This document shows, one piece after another, positions 12,656 through 23,656 of a stretch of 64,000 nt of DNA (the first letter of the stretch is position 1; each line of letters opens with the position of its first letter). The notes under the pieces were generated by a model, which saw nothing but the letters and a program-made list of their open reading frames with translations, searched no databases and was not told the origin of the DNA. The stretch spans positions 2,651,195 through 2,715,194 of the forward strand of contig MU004182.1 of assembly GCA_010093605.1 (NCBI GenBank). The letters run 5' to 3'. Source of the stretch: Lophium mytilinum (taxonomy: Eukaryota). The translations under genes were made by a program, and so were the position numbers.

Positions 12656-15600
12656 ATGGCCGACCTCCTCACTCAGTGGCTCTCTCGAGACATTGAAAAG
12701 GAGTTAAGCAGTGGCATAGACTGGCTCAAGTTAGCAGAGAAGGCGAAGCGCGAAGAAGAAGAGGATGGAGGTGAGCGTCCCCGGAGCCCTGGGTCGAGAC
12801 AGGCCAGGAAGAAGAGGAAGAGACTAACAGACATTCTAGGAAAGCTACCATATGAAGACGACGGGAGCAACCTCCGAATACCCGTGAGCCACGATGTTGA
12901 GAAGAGACGCTGTGTACAGATCCAAAAGGTCCTCTCCCTTACTTCTGTGCCTTGCGCCAAAATTAATTGCCCCACAATCAGATTATTCACCTCAAACCAC
13001 GTTTCGAGGTCATGCTATCTGACAGTTATGCCTCGATTCCTGCCAAGCTCACTTCCTCTTGCGTTAAACACTTCGAGAACCAACACAAGCGGAGAATCTT
13101 TGACGACACGGAATACGGCATTCTCTCAATCCGCGAGTTCAATATCGTAGCAACGCCCTATGGAGAACCGACTTGGCAACTTTCGCTGCTGGTAGACAGC
13201 ATGGAATGGCAGGGAGACTTTGAACGTCAGTTCGGGCATCCAGAGTCGATCCGCAAGAACCCAGATGTTGAAATGCAACTGAAAAAGCTGTCGGACTTCA
13301 GGCAGTGTGGGAATGGAACTACAACGGTGCCTGGGGAGACGGCCGGTACACCTGGCAGTCGACATCTTGAACCATCACCAGAGGCAGCAGAAGCCATCGA
13401 AAATGATGATATGGAGTCCTCTGCGCTGTTTACTCAGATGCAACCATCCACGCAGCGGCCAATTCCACGACGAGTAGAGTTTGGCGCAACGGAACGACAC
13501 AGCGTTGGGGGTGTGAACCGCCACAGTCCAACCCTCGTCGGCAACGTACGGAGCGCTCCTATGATTCAGTATCATGACGAGCAGCCTCGCAAAGATCCAA
13601 AGGTATCCAAAGTTGATACGCTCCTAAGCCTTCTACGCGCTGGAGGTCAAACGTCTCACAGAGCCAATGACTCCTCTAACGTTCCAAATGCAAACCCGCT
13701 ACGCAATGACTTCATGCCTCTTTCGGAAGAAAACGCCAATGGCTCCGTGCTTGCCGGTAGGAGGTCTTCAGGAAGAGGCGCCAATGTTCAACGTAGCCCC
13801 TCTGTTCAGTCCATACCGATACGTAGCTCGCCTCCGAAAAGCAGCTCTCCTCCCAGTAGACCATTTTCGAATGAAGCACACAGGGAGGTGCCACCTACCC
13901 AACGGCTTTTGGATGAGGTTCTGTCCGTCCCCGAGACGATTGGTATGCCTGCCTGGAAATATGGTTATTCAAAGACACAAGACCAATGCAGTTACCCTTT
14001 AGGCCAAGCAGCCATACTCGATCGGGACACTTCGCTTTTCCCCTCACTCCCGGGAAAAACGTTCCCTCGTCCAAACGTTCCTACACCTTTGCTAGCGTCG
14101 CTCAATAAGCGGGCAGACGAGGAACGCAGCCAGGACTCAGGAGAACAGGACCATGCCTCAAATATTTCGGAAGCTTCTGATGTTGAACAAGGATATGACT
14201 CTGAATATGACTCCTCTTCGAGCGCATCGGGCTCTTCGGTTTCAGCAGAATCAGCGATCTCTGGATGGGCGACAACTCCACCTCGACCTCCCACCCACCT
14301 GCTAGCTGGGTTACCTCCAGACAGCTCCGCTCCAAGAGTAGAAACACCCCCGAGGAATTCTCCCAGAGAGATGTCTCTATCTTCCACACACCCCCGGACA
14401 GCGTTGCCACCGGACAGTTCTGTCCCACAAGAGGATTCGCCTGTAAGGCGGGGTCCCAGTGGGTTGCCCCAAGAGACTCCAATCGAACTCATAGAGTCTG
14501 ATTCGGACGGTAGGGGAGCGCCCGGCAGGACTCAGATCTCAGTTTCTGAACCCGAAAGTCGAGTAAATCCAGCAATTCCATCCTCTCCACCCGAGCCAGC
14601 ATCACAAGCAAATCAAACAAGTTCGCCCGAACGAATAGACATCAGCGACAGTGAGGAAGAGATGGAGTTCGCCGTGTCTGAAGTACTAGAGGTTGACAAG
14701 GTAAACACTCAATCAGCATCTCGGGCAACTTGTACCTCACCACACCACCGTGAGGCTCGAGGCGTTCCAGAACTTCAAGTGAAGGAGACTCCTCAGCTTG
14801 AAGGTCATCGGAAGATACAGCGAGACCTCACCAAGCCTTCCTCTTCATGGTCTCCTGCTCGACAACGGTCTAGTGGACAGACAACCTCGTCCACTTCTGT
14901 AATTCCCAGTACCTATGTTGAACCCCGAGGGCAGCTCAACGCAAGGCCTATCGCTACCAAGAATAATTCGGTGATGATCGATCTTTCGTCAGACACGAAT
15001 GATCTAATGATTGATGAGCAATTAAACGCGGAAATAAATGCTGCCTCGCAGCGTCTGCCACCTGAGGTCCAAAGCCCATCGCCCGACCGGCCCAAAGCTT
15101 TGTCCACCTCGAATCACTCGCCGACACTGGCTCCACACGCATCGAGTAGCAACCCATCTTCGCTAGTGAAGCGCAAAGCTGCCGATCTTCCCACTGGAGT
15201 GAACAGCAGCAAAAAGCCTAGATCGGTTGGTCTTGGGCTTCCACGGGACTCAGATATGGCAAATGGAGATAACAAAGCACCTCCTATGACAATACGAGAA
15301 CAGAGACGCCAGAAATTGAACAGCTACAGCACGACAAGTCCAATACATGCTGAAGAACATTTACTACCGTCTCCCAGGTTCGGTACTAATCGTAGGGAAT
15401 CAAATAGACTTGTCGACAAGCACATTTCAACGCCGAATCATCGACCTTCTCCCGCGCGCGCTCTACCTCGGTCTAATAATACTTCGCCGAGGGACAGACC
15501 GCGAGACAGTGAGCGTGGGCTGCGTCATGATAACAGGTCGCCCGCCGTCGAGGGAGGCCCTTCAAAGACTGCCGCCCACATGTCTTCGAGGCCTGCGAAC

Positions 15601-16624
15601 CGTTCTGCTGTAACGGAAAACGCGTCAACTAATCCTGGGAAACCTCCGCAATCACCTAGCGCGGTCGTGTTTTCGACATTCTCTCAAGCCTATCCTGAAT
15701 ACAAGGGGACAATGAAGCAATTCGTAGGCATGTGCAAACAAATACAGAAGCTGGAAGACGAGAGAAAAAGACTGCCCAAGTTTTTGTGGGATGATTACGT
15801 GATCCGATACGAGATGGAATTCGTTGACTACCGCAACGAGTGCTTTGAAAACGGAGATGAACCCGTTTCGTACTATGAGTTTTATGACTCTATCAACGAG
15901 CACAAGTTCAAGAAACAGGTCCTTGACCCAGAGGGTCTCAAGCTGGTACTCGAGCAAACTTCAACCACTTCAAACTCAACCGCGTTCACCCTTCCCGTTC
16001 GCCGCCCACCGCCATCTCCCGCGGAGTCCAGCAACCCGAAGCGGACTCGCAAATCTCTTCCTTGGCAGCCCTCAAGTACGGCGCCCGCACTAGAAGGTGG
16101 GCGCCCTCGAATGTCACTGCCCTCTACTCCATCCCAGCAACCAAGAAGTAAGCCAACCCCGTTTGTTGTAAGTGCGGTCCAGTGGCATTGTGATGCGAGG
16201 CGAGTCGCTAACCAGATGTCAGGCCAAGGACAAGAACGATCGTTCCAAGTTGAAGGCCAGAACACATGGGCGCGTGGACGAGGAGGCTCACCGCGAGGTG
16301 AGACCCGAAACTTATTCACGGGCGTATGGGCAAGATCGCCCCAACGCGACAACCACGACCCATGGTCAGGCGGACGAGAGAGACCTTCTCCGAGGGTCTG
16401 TAGACAACCACGAGTACAAGGACGCGGTCGAGGCCGGGGATGGCCCTACCGGGATTGAGATGCACGAGGATCCGGATTCGAACTTCCGGCAGTTCGTGCG
16501 TGCGTATGCGTCTCTACCCGCTGTGAAAGGGCGATTGGGCGAACCTGATAGTGAGGGCTTTCTGCGGCCTCGGCGTGCGAAGCGGATTGATGTGATGGCG
16601 TGGCCGATTGGGTTTAAGCGCTAG
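12656..16624 (+). CDS. TPP1/Tpz1/Est3-type OB-fold telomere protein with long Ser/Pro-rich disordered region
   Basis: Intron 12929-12981 joins ...VQIQK to IIHLKPRFEVMLSDSYASIPAKLTSSCVKHFENQHKRRIFDDTEYGILSIREF, resembling the TPP1/Est3 OB fold (LSD motif, F-E-xxx-RRI helix). There is a folded segment FSTFSQAYPEYKG...FLWDDYVIR and a last exon ending FRQFVRAYASL...IDVMAW. 3' splicing is ambiguous. Confidence 0.75.
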
Positions 16625-17447
16625 CATTGTGCCTTCTTTGGATGAAGGAAGATATGGGCTTGGATAGAAGGACGTGATGACTTTGAGTTTTGGGATACCA
16701 CTCTGTACAGCGATGCATTGGATGACATGAATCATGCGTATAAAGGGTACATTGCGCATAGTTATAATGAAAAGGGTGTAATGTTATAGGCGTTGTGCTG
16801 AAATAATGTGGGTTGTCTGGGTGCGAAGCGGAGATATTTGAGTCGAGAATATCGAGATCAGGTCGAATTCGTCACTTTTATTCTCATACCAAAGATCATC
16901 TCAAGAACCCTAGCGAACGTCAGACCTTTAGCAATGCGACTCATGAAGTCACTGATTCGGAAGCACCAACTTTGCACTTTCCCCGCGGTAGGTACGGAAA
17001 AAGTGGCACACACACTCAATCAAGCGGTTCAACACCGTCTGAGGTGGCCCGGAGATCTATCAGGCTTGCCAAAGCTAGTATTTCATAAACAGCAATAACG
17101 TACTAGAGGACCTTGAACGGTGCTAAGAGAGGGTACACAACTTTTAGTAAATGACAGTACGTTGAGAAGCATAAACGGGAGCCATTCCGTGTGATATGGA
17201 CTCTCTTTGGGCTCATTACTTGACGTAGTAGCCGAATCTCACCATGGAGCTGGTGACTTTAGCAGGGCAAACCAGCGCTAGTCTGTACGATGCGGACTAG
17301 ATTTTGAATCGTGATTTGTGAAGACAGATTCATCACGGTAGAGAATCAACTGACGATTTAGTGTCCTGCTATAGGAAAGGTTTTCTATTCTAATGACATA
17401 ACAAAGACTGAAATACGATACAGTAACACTCAACAACTTCCTCGCCC

Positions 17448-20400
17448 TCAGTCCTTCGCCTTCTTCCTCCCCTTCTTCTTCTCATTGGTCACCTCAACAA
17501 TCTTCTCCACCAACACCTCCGTATCCAACAGCGGCTCCAGCCCTAAGTAAGAGGACCTTCGGTTGCCCCTCAGCGCCGGCGTATTTGGCGGCACTAGAAA
17601 CACACTCGACCTCTGCCGTTTCCCCCTCTCCGCGACTTCCTCTGCCGAATCTTCACTTTCTATGCCAAATCAGCTCGAGGCCTTAAGGGGTCTCGTTAGT
17701 GCATCCGAGGTCACTGACCTACCCTTCGCCGCTGCCGTCTTCTTTGCTTTCGTCGTAGTTGGCGACTTTGCTACCTTCTTTGCTACGGCAATGACTTTTG
17801 GTTTCACGGGCGCCTTCTTCGATACACCAATTTCTTTGGCTGGTGCTGCTTTTTTGGTAGGTGCTGCTTTCTTGACCAGCGTTGCTTTCTTGGCCGGCGT
17901 TGATTTCTTGGCCGGCGTTGCTTTCTTGGCTGGTGTCGTTTTCTTGGATGGTGTTGCTTTCTTCGCCGGTGCTGGTTTTTTCGCCGGTGCTGCTTTCTTT
18001 GCGGGTGTCGCCTTCTTAGCCTTCTTCGCCACCGGAGAATTCAGCTCAGAGCTAGAATCGAAGAGGACTTTATCGGCTTGAAAGGCCTCGTCGTCTGGGG
18101 CTTTCCGTTTACGGCCGCGAAGTGCGGGTGTTGGTGTTTCGGGTGTTTTTGCACGCGTGGTTCGCTGGCCCCTTAGTATAGCCGGAGGTGTTGACGGTGT
18201 GGGTGGGGGAGACGGGGTTACGAGTGGTTTTCTTTTACGAGGAGTTTTGGGCGTTGAAGGCTCAACTAGCGTTGACTCAGCGGCTTCGGATTTCTTGGTT
18301 GTTTTCTTCAAAGCAGCTTTCTTGGTCCTCTTCTTTGTTAGTCCCGGGGAGGTCTCGGAACTTTGCGTTACGAGACTAGCTTTGCGTATTCTAAAAGCTG
18401 CGTTTGGATGATCTGCCGGGTAGCGTTTCACGAGTCGGAGGACGGGTGAAGGCGTTCCAGGAGAAGGAGTAGGAGATTTCCTGTACGTTGCGTCCACCTT
18501 CTTGCCCCTTTTTGTAGCCTTCTTGACGCCGTTGGACGCTGCAGGGGCAGGCTCAAGTGTCAATTTCTTAGGCCTTCCCCTTTTCTTCGGTGCTGCTTCA
18601 CTCGCTCCTTGAACTTTCTTCAAGCTTGACCTCGTAGGAGAGGTTGGAGAATCCACATCCCCATCTTCGGCCTCGGGTTGATCATTATATCCGACTCGTC
18701 TCTCTACCGTGTTTTCAGAGAACTTGACTTTGGAGCCCTTCCTATATCCACTCGGCGATTCGACGATTACTCGGTCCCAGCCTGCTTCCATGACCTGCGA
18801 GTCAATCCTGTGCTCTTCGTAGTGCTCAAACATGCTTCGTAAACCTACGCCTTCAAAAGAAACTTTGCACACCAAGCAGTTATTCCCTAAGTCAGGGTGC
18901 AGTCGTCGAACGAGCGAGGCGTACTCCTCTCTCAATTCCACTTGTGGCATCTCTTTTATCTCGCGGTCAAGGTCGGAGGGATCGTCCTCGAATCCGCGCT
19001 CCAAGACATCCGGGTCTTGCCCTGGTTCGGCGGAAGAGGATCCTTTGCGAGAATTTGACTGCCGGTGTGGAGCTTGTGAAGCTGAGCTTAGTTTCCGCTG
19101 GCTAGTTCTACGCGAAGACGAAACTGGTTCTTCTTCTTCTTCTTCTTCTTCTTCTTCATCCACATTTTCATCGAAATCGAACAATGAGTCATGACTTTTC
19201 TCCGACACTCTGCCGTCTGAGCCCGATACTCTACGCGACTTCGAAGATCGATTCGAGGCCTGTGAAGATACACTTGACCTTCGTTGACTAGCAGGCCTGC
19301 CGATAGATGAAGCTATTTCGTCGACTTCGCCCTCTTCTAGGGAATTGTGGCTGGCTCGCGACGCTCTGCGGCCCGAGGCTGATGAATTCCTTGACTTTGA
19401 AGATCGACGCGAAGCCTGTGATGCTGAACTCGACTTTCGCCGACTGGTGGCTTTACCCATAGATGACGCTGTTTGATCTTCTTCGTCGATCTCGCCTTCT
19501 TCTGATGCCATTTGGCTGTCCTGCGACACTCTGCTACCGGAGCTTGACTTTCGCCGTTTTGCAGGCGGACCTGATGCTTGAGGATTCGACCTCGACCTTC
19601 GTTTTCTGGAGGCTCCAGGCGTGGATAGCGTTGTTTCGTCATCGTCTACGACAACTACTGTCTCTTCATCCTCTTCATCAACTATTGGCCAGTATATATC
19701 GTCGGCATTGTCGGTCCACGGCTCGTCCCCCAGGATTGGAGACACCGCGCCGCCTTGCGCTGCGCTTGGCTCATACTTCAGCGAAGCGATCTTCCGGGCA
19801 ATCGAGTCGGGTCGGACAGCCCCCAAGATATGTACTGGTGGAACTTTCGGGTATTCGTTTTTCCCATCGAGCCAGTTGGCCTCCATGAATTCTGCGTTCC
19901 CAGGGCCATAACTTCTAGCCTTTGCAATTGCCCCATGGATTCCGAACTTGTACAGCTCAAATGTAATCAATTCCATCTCGGAATTAAGATTAGAGGATTT
20001 AATGATCGTTGCCGCTGGCATTTTACCCGCTAGCCTCGGTATCCTTTTCCGATGCTCATCCAAATTCACTGATGCTGCAACGTTATCATCGCGTTTCACT
20101 CTTCCCGCCCCTCGTGCCAGCAACAGGTTTTCGCCTAAGGTAGACAGCCGATCTTTCAAAGCCTTCCGGTAGTACTCCGAATCGGGGTTTACGTACGTAG
20201 GGTCGGCCCACCCACCAGGCCGTCTGAAGAAGTAAAATGAGGGAAGATTGTCTCCTCTAAACGTAATATAAAACAAGTCTTCTCTCATCGGAGGGGGCCC
20301 GGGTTCCACGTCACTAAAATCGTATCCGGTACCAAGAAGAACCGGCCCCCAGGCACAAAGGCCCCCTCTTTTCGGACCCCGGACCCCCTTGAACATACGA

Positions 20401-22202
20401 GCAGCAGCCTTACGATCCGGATCCTCATTCCACGCCCAATCGTAGGGATGGAAGAATAAATGACCAGTATTTACGGCAAGCTGTGTATATTTATACCAGA
20501 AGTCGCCGCTTTCGATTGTTGCATCTCTCAGCTGATCTATAAGAATTCCGTCGTGAGCTGCGTCGACTTCTTTTGAGGTAAGTTCAGGCACATTGCTACG
20601 TCGGATGCTGGCATTGCTACGTCGGATGCTGGCATTGCTACGTCGGATGCTGGGTATGGCCCCCCAAGTATACTCCCGTACACTCGGCGTCATGAATTCC
20701 AACGTCTCGTCTGGGGATGTACGCAAGACTCTGTCCCATATCGGCCAATCAAGCCCGTTTGGTGGCACATCAAAGATATTGGCGTCATCGTCAAAAGGTT
20801 CTTTCTTTGGCCAGTGCGTAAAAGTGATTCTTGGTGGTGTAAAAGGAGGGAAATATGCCCGGGAGATGCCTACGTCCTCTGGGTCTGGCCCTGCAGGAAC
20901 GCGTTTAGGCGGAAGGTCGAGGTGTTCAACCACGAGTTTGCATTTCTCGCCAAACCAGCCATTTTTCCTTCGCGCTACATAGTCGATCACCGCTACACTA
21001 CGATGCTTCCCTCCTCTGGAGCAGAGTCCATACCGGACCGTAGCAGTGGTTTTCCCACTTGCCCTGGCTTCCTTTGATTTTTCATCTCGTAGGCGGCGAA
21101 TATCCTCCCAACACCAATTGGCGACGTCTTGCAGTCTGTATGGTGGTTTGTTTGGTTCTCTATACTCCAGGCGCGAGCGTATCGGTGTATCAAGACCAGT
21201 AAGATGTTCAGGCACAGGCGATCTCCGATCGGCCTTATCACCCTCTGGACGCAGGCCGTTCACATATTCTACTGGTCGTAGATCTCCATCTTTGATTTCG
21301 TACCACTCGAGATCCGGTGGCACTTTTTCTTTAGTCCATGTGTTTGTTCTCCTTGTAGCGAACGAGAAGAGAAATAGTTCAAAGTCTATGTCCGTGTTGT
21401 CTACTGCTTCCTCTGTGACCGCAGTCTCTGGCGGGTTACCATCTTGTGGTGGCTGTTTCGATGACCCCGCCTTCGTCGTTTTCGATTTCGGCTTGTCAAC
21501 TTTCTTCGGGACGAATTTCCCTTCCCGTAGGTCCTTTTTGTACTGCGTTAGGAGGTCCACCATGGGGTCACTCTCTTTGCTGACTGGTAGGCCCTTTTCC
21601 TGGCACCACCCTTTTAACGTCCCTGCTGTCATTTCGCCCAAGAACTTCTTATTGCGCACGTCGCTTTTATCTGGGAATATTGTGGCATCCGAGTCTGATC
21701 TATCTGACTCGGGTTGTGGGTCCTCCTTGTCTCTTTGTTCAAGCGCGGTTATGGTTTTTACCTTGTTATCGCGAAGAGCTCTCTGATTCTTGCATCCTCT
21801 CTTCTTGGCCATTTTGTAGAGTATGGGCTGACGCCTTTCCCAGTAAAACTTTCTGTGTAGCCTTCGTGCTTTCCTAGGTCCGTCTTTGGAGCTACTCCTT
21901 GTCTCTTTCTGCGGCGGCGCAGAAGTATCAGTTTCATCTCCACTCTCAGCACTGCTGGTGGGTGTAGGAGGTTTTCTCCCTGGCTTTGTCGGCCTCTTCC
22001 CCCTCTGCGACGGCGCGGGAGCAGCTGCCTCTTCGGTACTTTCATCTTCGCCGCCTTCGTCTTCGGCATCCTCGCTAACTTCGTCTTCAGCATCCTCGCT
22101 ACCTTCGTCTTCGGCATCTTCGCCATCGTCCGTGAGTTTAGGCGGTGTCTTTGCTACCTTTGCCAGCCTCTTCCCCTTCTGTCGCGACGCGGGAGTATTG
22201 GT

Positions 22203-22235
<33 letters not shown>

Positions 22236-23009
22236 TTCTGCTTCCTCGCTACTTCCGTCACTCTCTGTAGGCTCAGATCGTGTCTTCTCCGGCCTTGTGG
22301 GTGCCTTCGTCTTCGGCGGCGACTTGGGAAGATTTGACTCATCACCACCTCCAGGGCTACTTTCCTCACTGCTTTTCTCGCTCTCCGCGGGCTTAGGCGG
22401 TGTCTTTGCCGATTTTGCGGATGTCTTTCGCTTCTGTGGCGACGCGACAATTCTCGTATTATCACCACCTCCATCACTACTTTCATGACTACTGTCCTCG
22501 CTACTTTCGAAGGGCTCCGGGGGCTCAGACGTTGTCTTCGATGACTGTCGGCTCCCTTTCCTGGTCCCGGATGACGTCGGATCATTTTTCGACGCACCGC
22601 TCTCTTTCGGAACTGGAGTAGCACACTCGGGAACCTCTTCCTCGTCCTCTGGGCGTTCCTCCGCAGAATCGTCGTCCTCGGTCGTCGGCACTACCGCAAG
22701 TGTTGCTCGTCTTCGGTTTTCCGCGCGTATTCGCGCTATGCGAACGGCCTTGGTTCCCGACCAAGCTATTCCTAATTGTTCCGACCTTATTCTGAGAAGC
22801 GCGAGGGTCCAGTAGTTAAGGTCTTCGAACTCGTCACCCGGTCCAGTTCCAGTTCCTGGTTGCGTCAGGACTGCACCCGCAGCCGCACCTTGAGCCCCGC
22901 CTCCTCTTGCTCCTCCTCTTCCACCACGCCCGCCTCCACGCCCACCTCCGCGTCCACCACCACGGCCCCTCCCCGGATTTGGTGCGGTTGCTTTCGCTTT
23001 CGGCCCCAT
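17448..23009 (-). CDS. Large multi-module putative chromatin/RNA-binding protein (RGG, SAP-like motifs, RapZ C-terminal-like domain, C2H2-like finger, AT-hook, H1-like tail)
   Basis: Open frame from ATG 23009 (MGPKAK...). Intron 17660-17722 (GTAGGT...GCTGAT...TAG) adds a final exon ESEDSAEEV...KKKGRKKAKD*. Motifs: GRGRGGGRGG; LNYWTLALLRIRSEQLGIAWSGTKAVRIARI; LTGLDTPI...CSRGGKHRSVAV...VVEHLDL; CLVC-x14-HYEEH; KKRGRPKK; KKAxPA repeats. Confidence 0.85.
17840..18030 (-). repeat. Degenerate 18-bp coding tandem repeat encoding a histone H1-like KKAxPA array
   Basis: Encodes KKATPAKKAAPAKKPAPAKKATPSKKTTPAKKATPAKKSTPAKKATLVKKAAPTKKAAPA; + strand units resemble tttcttggccggcgttgc. Confidence 0.85.
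19128..19157. repeat. (TTC)10 microsatellite encoding poly-Glu
   Basis: Direct reading; E10 in the minus-strand protein. Confidence 0.95.
20591..20653. repeat. Perfect 3 x 21-bp tandem repeat (cattgctacgtcggatgctgg), in frame, encoding SIRRSN(A/V) x3
   Basis: Three identical contiguous copies read directly. Confidence 0.95.
22203..22235. repeat. (ATC)11 microsatellite encoding poly-Asp
   Basis: Direct reading; D11 in the minus-strand protein. Confidence 0.95.
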
Positions 23010-23656
23010 GGGAGCGTTCCGTCCGTTTGCTAATTGGCGCGTAAGATCTATTATCGAGTAGCCCAAATCTCGTGTCAAAAATTAAAACTAAAGCGCAACT
23101 TCGAACTCGAATCAAAGAGCCCAAAGAACGGCGAACGACGCGCTCAAAAAGAAAATCGATGTACCAGAAACCGCTCAAAGAACTTTCCCATCTCTCGTCT
23201 TTCAAGTTCCGCATCTAGTAATGCCCGGCCTGCCCACCCTAAGTTGTGCTCGAGGTTTCTTTGTTCCCTCGCAGGGGCCCACACCCCACTCGGCGGGTTG
23301 GAAGGAGTGCATTGACGGGTATGGTGTGATGATCATTGAAGTTAAAGGAATGGCGGGTTGATGGTTGGGGCACAAGGGGGACAAGAGGGTCGCATGCCGG
23401 AGTGTGGGTGGTGGTGGTGGTGTAATTTACAACGCCCACCACACCACCTATGCGATTGCGACAGTACACCCATACTCACAATTGACTTAAGAATACAACC
23501 TTATGGAGCGATATGCTCATTCATGTCTATTGTTCTCATGCTAGATATGGGTATTTCTAGGCCGCACAAAACGTTAACCTAGTCTCTAAACCAAAAAGAC
23601 CATCGAAATAGCAAAACTCACAAACCAGAAAAGGAGGAGAAAGAGGAGAGCATCAC

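Noticed and set aside
16625..17447. Telomerase RNA near the TPP1-like gene
   Set aside because: No TAACCCTAA-type template seen here or elsewhere in the window.
20591..20653. Direct repeats as a CRISPR array
   Set aside because: No spacers; in-frame coding tandem repeat in a eukaryotic gene.
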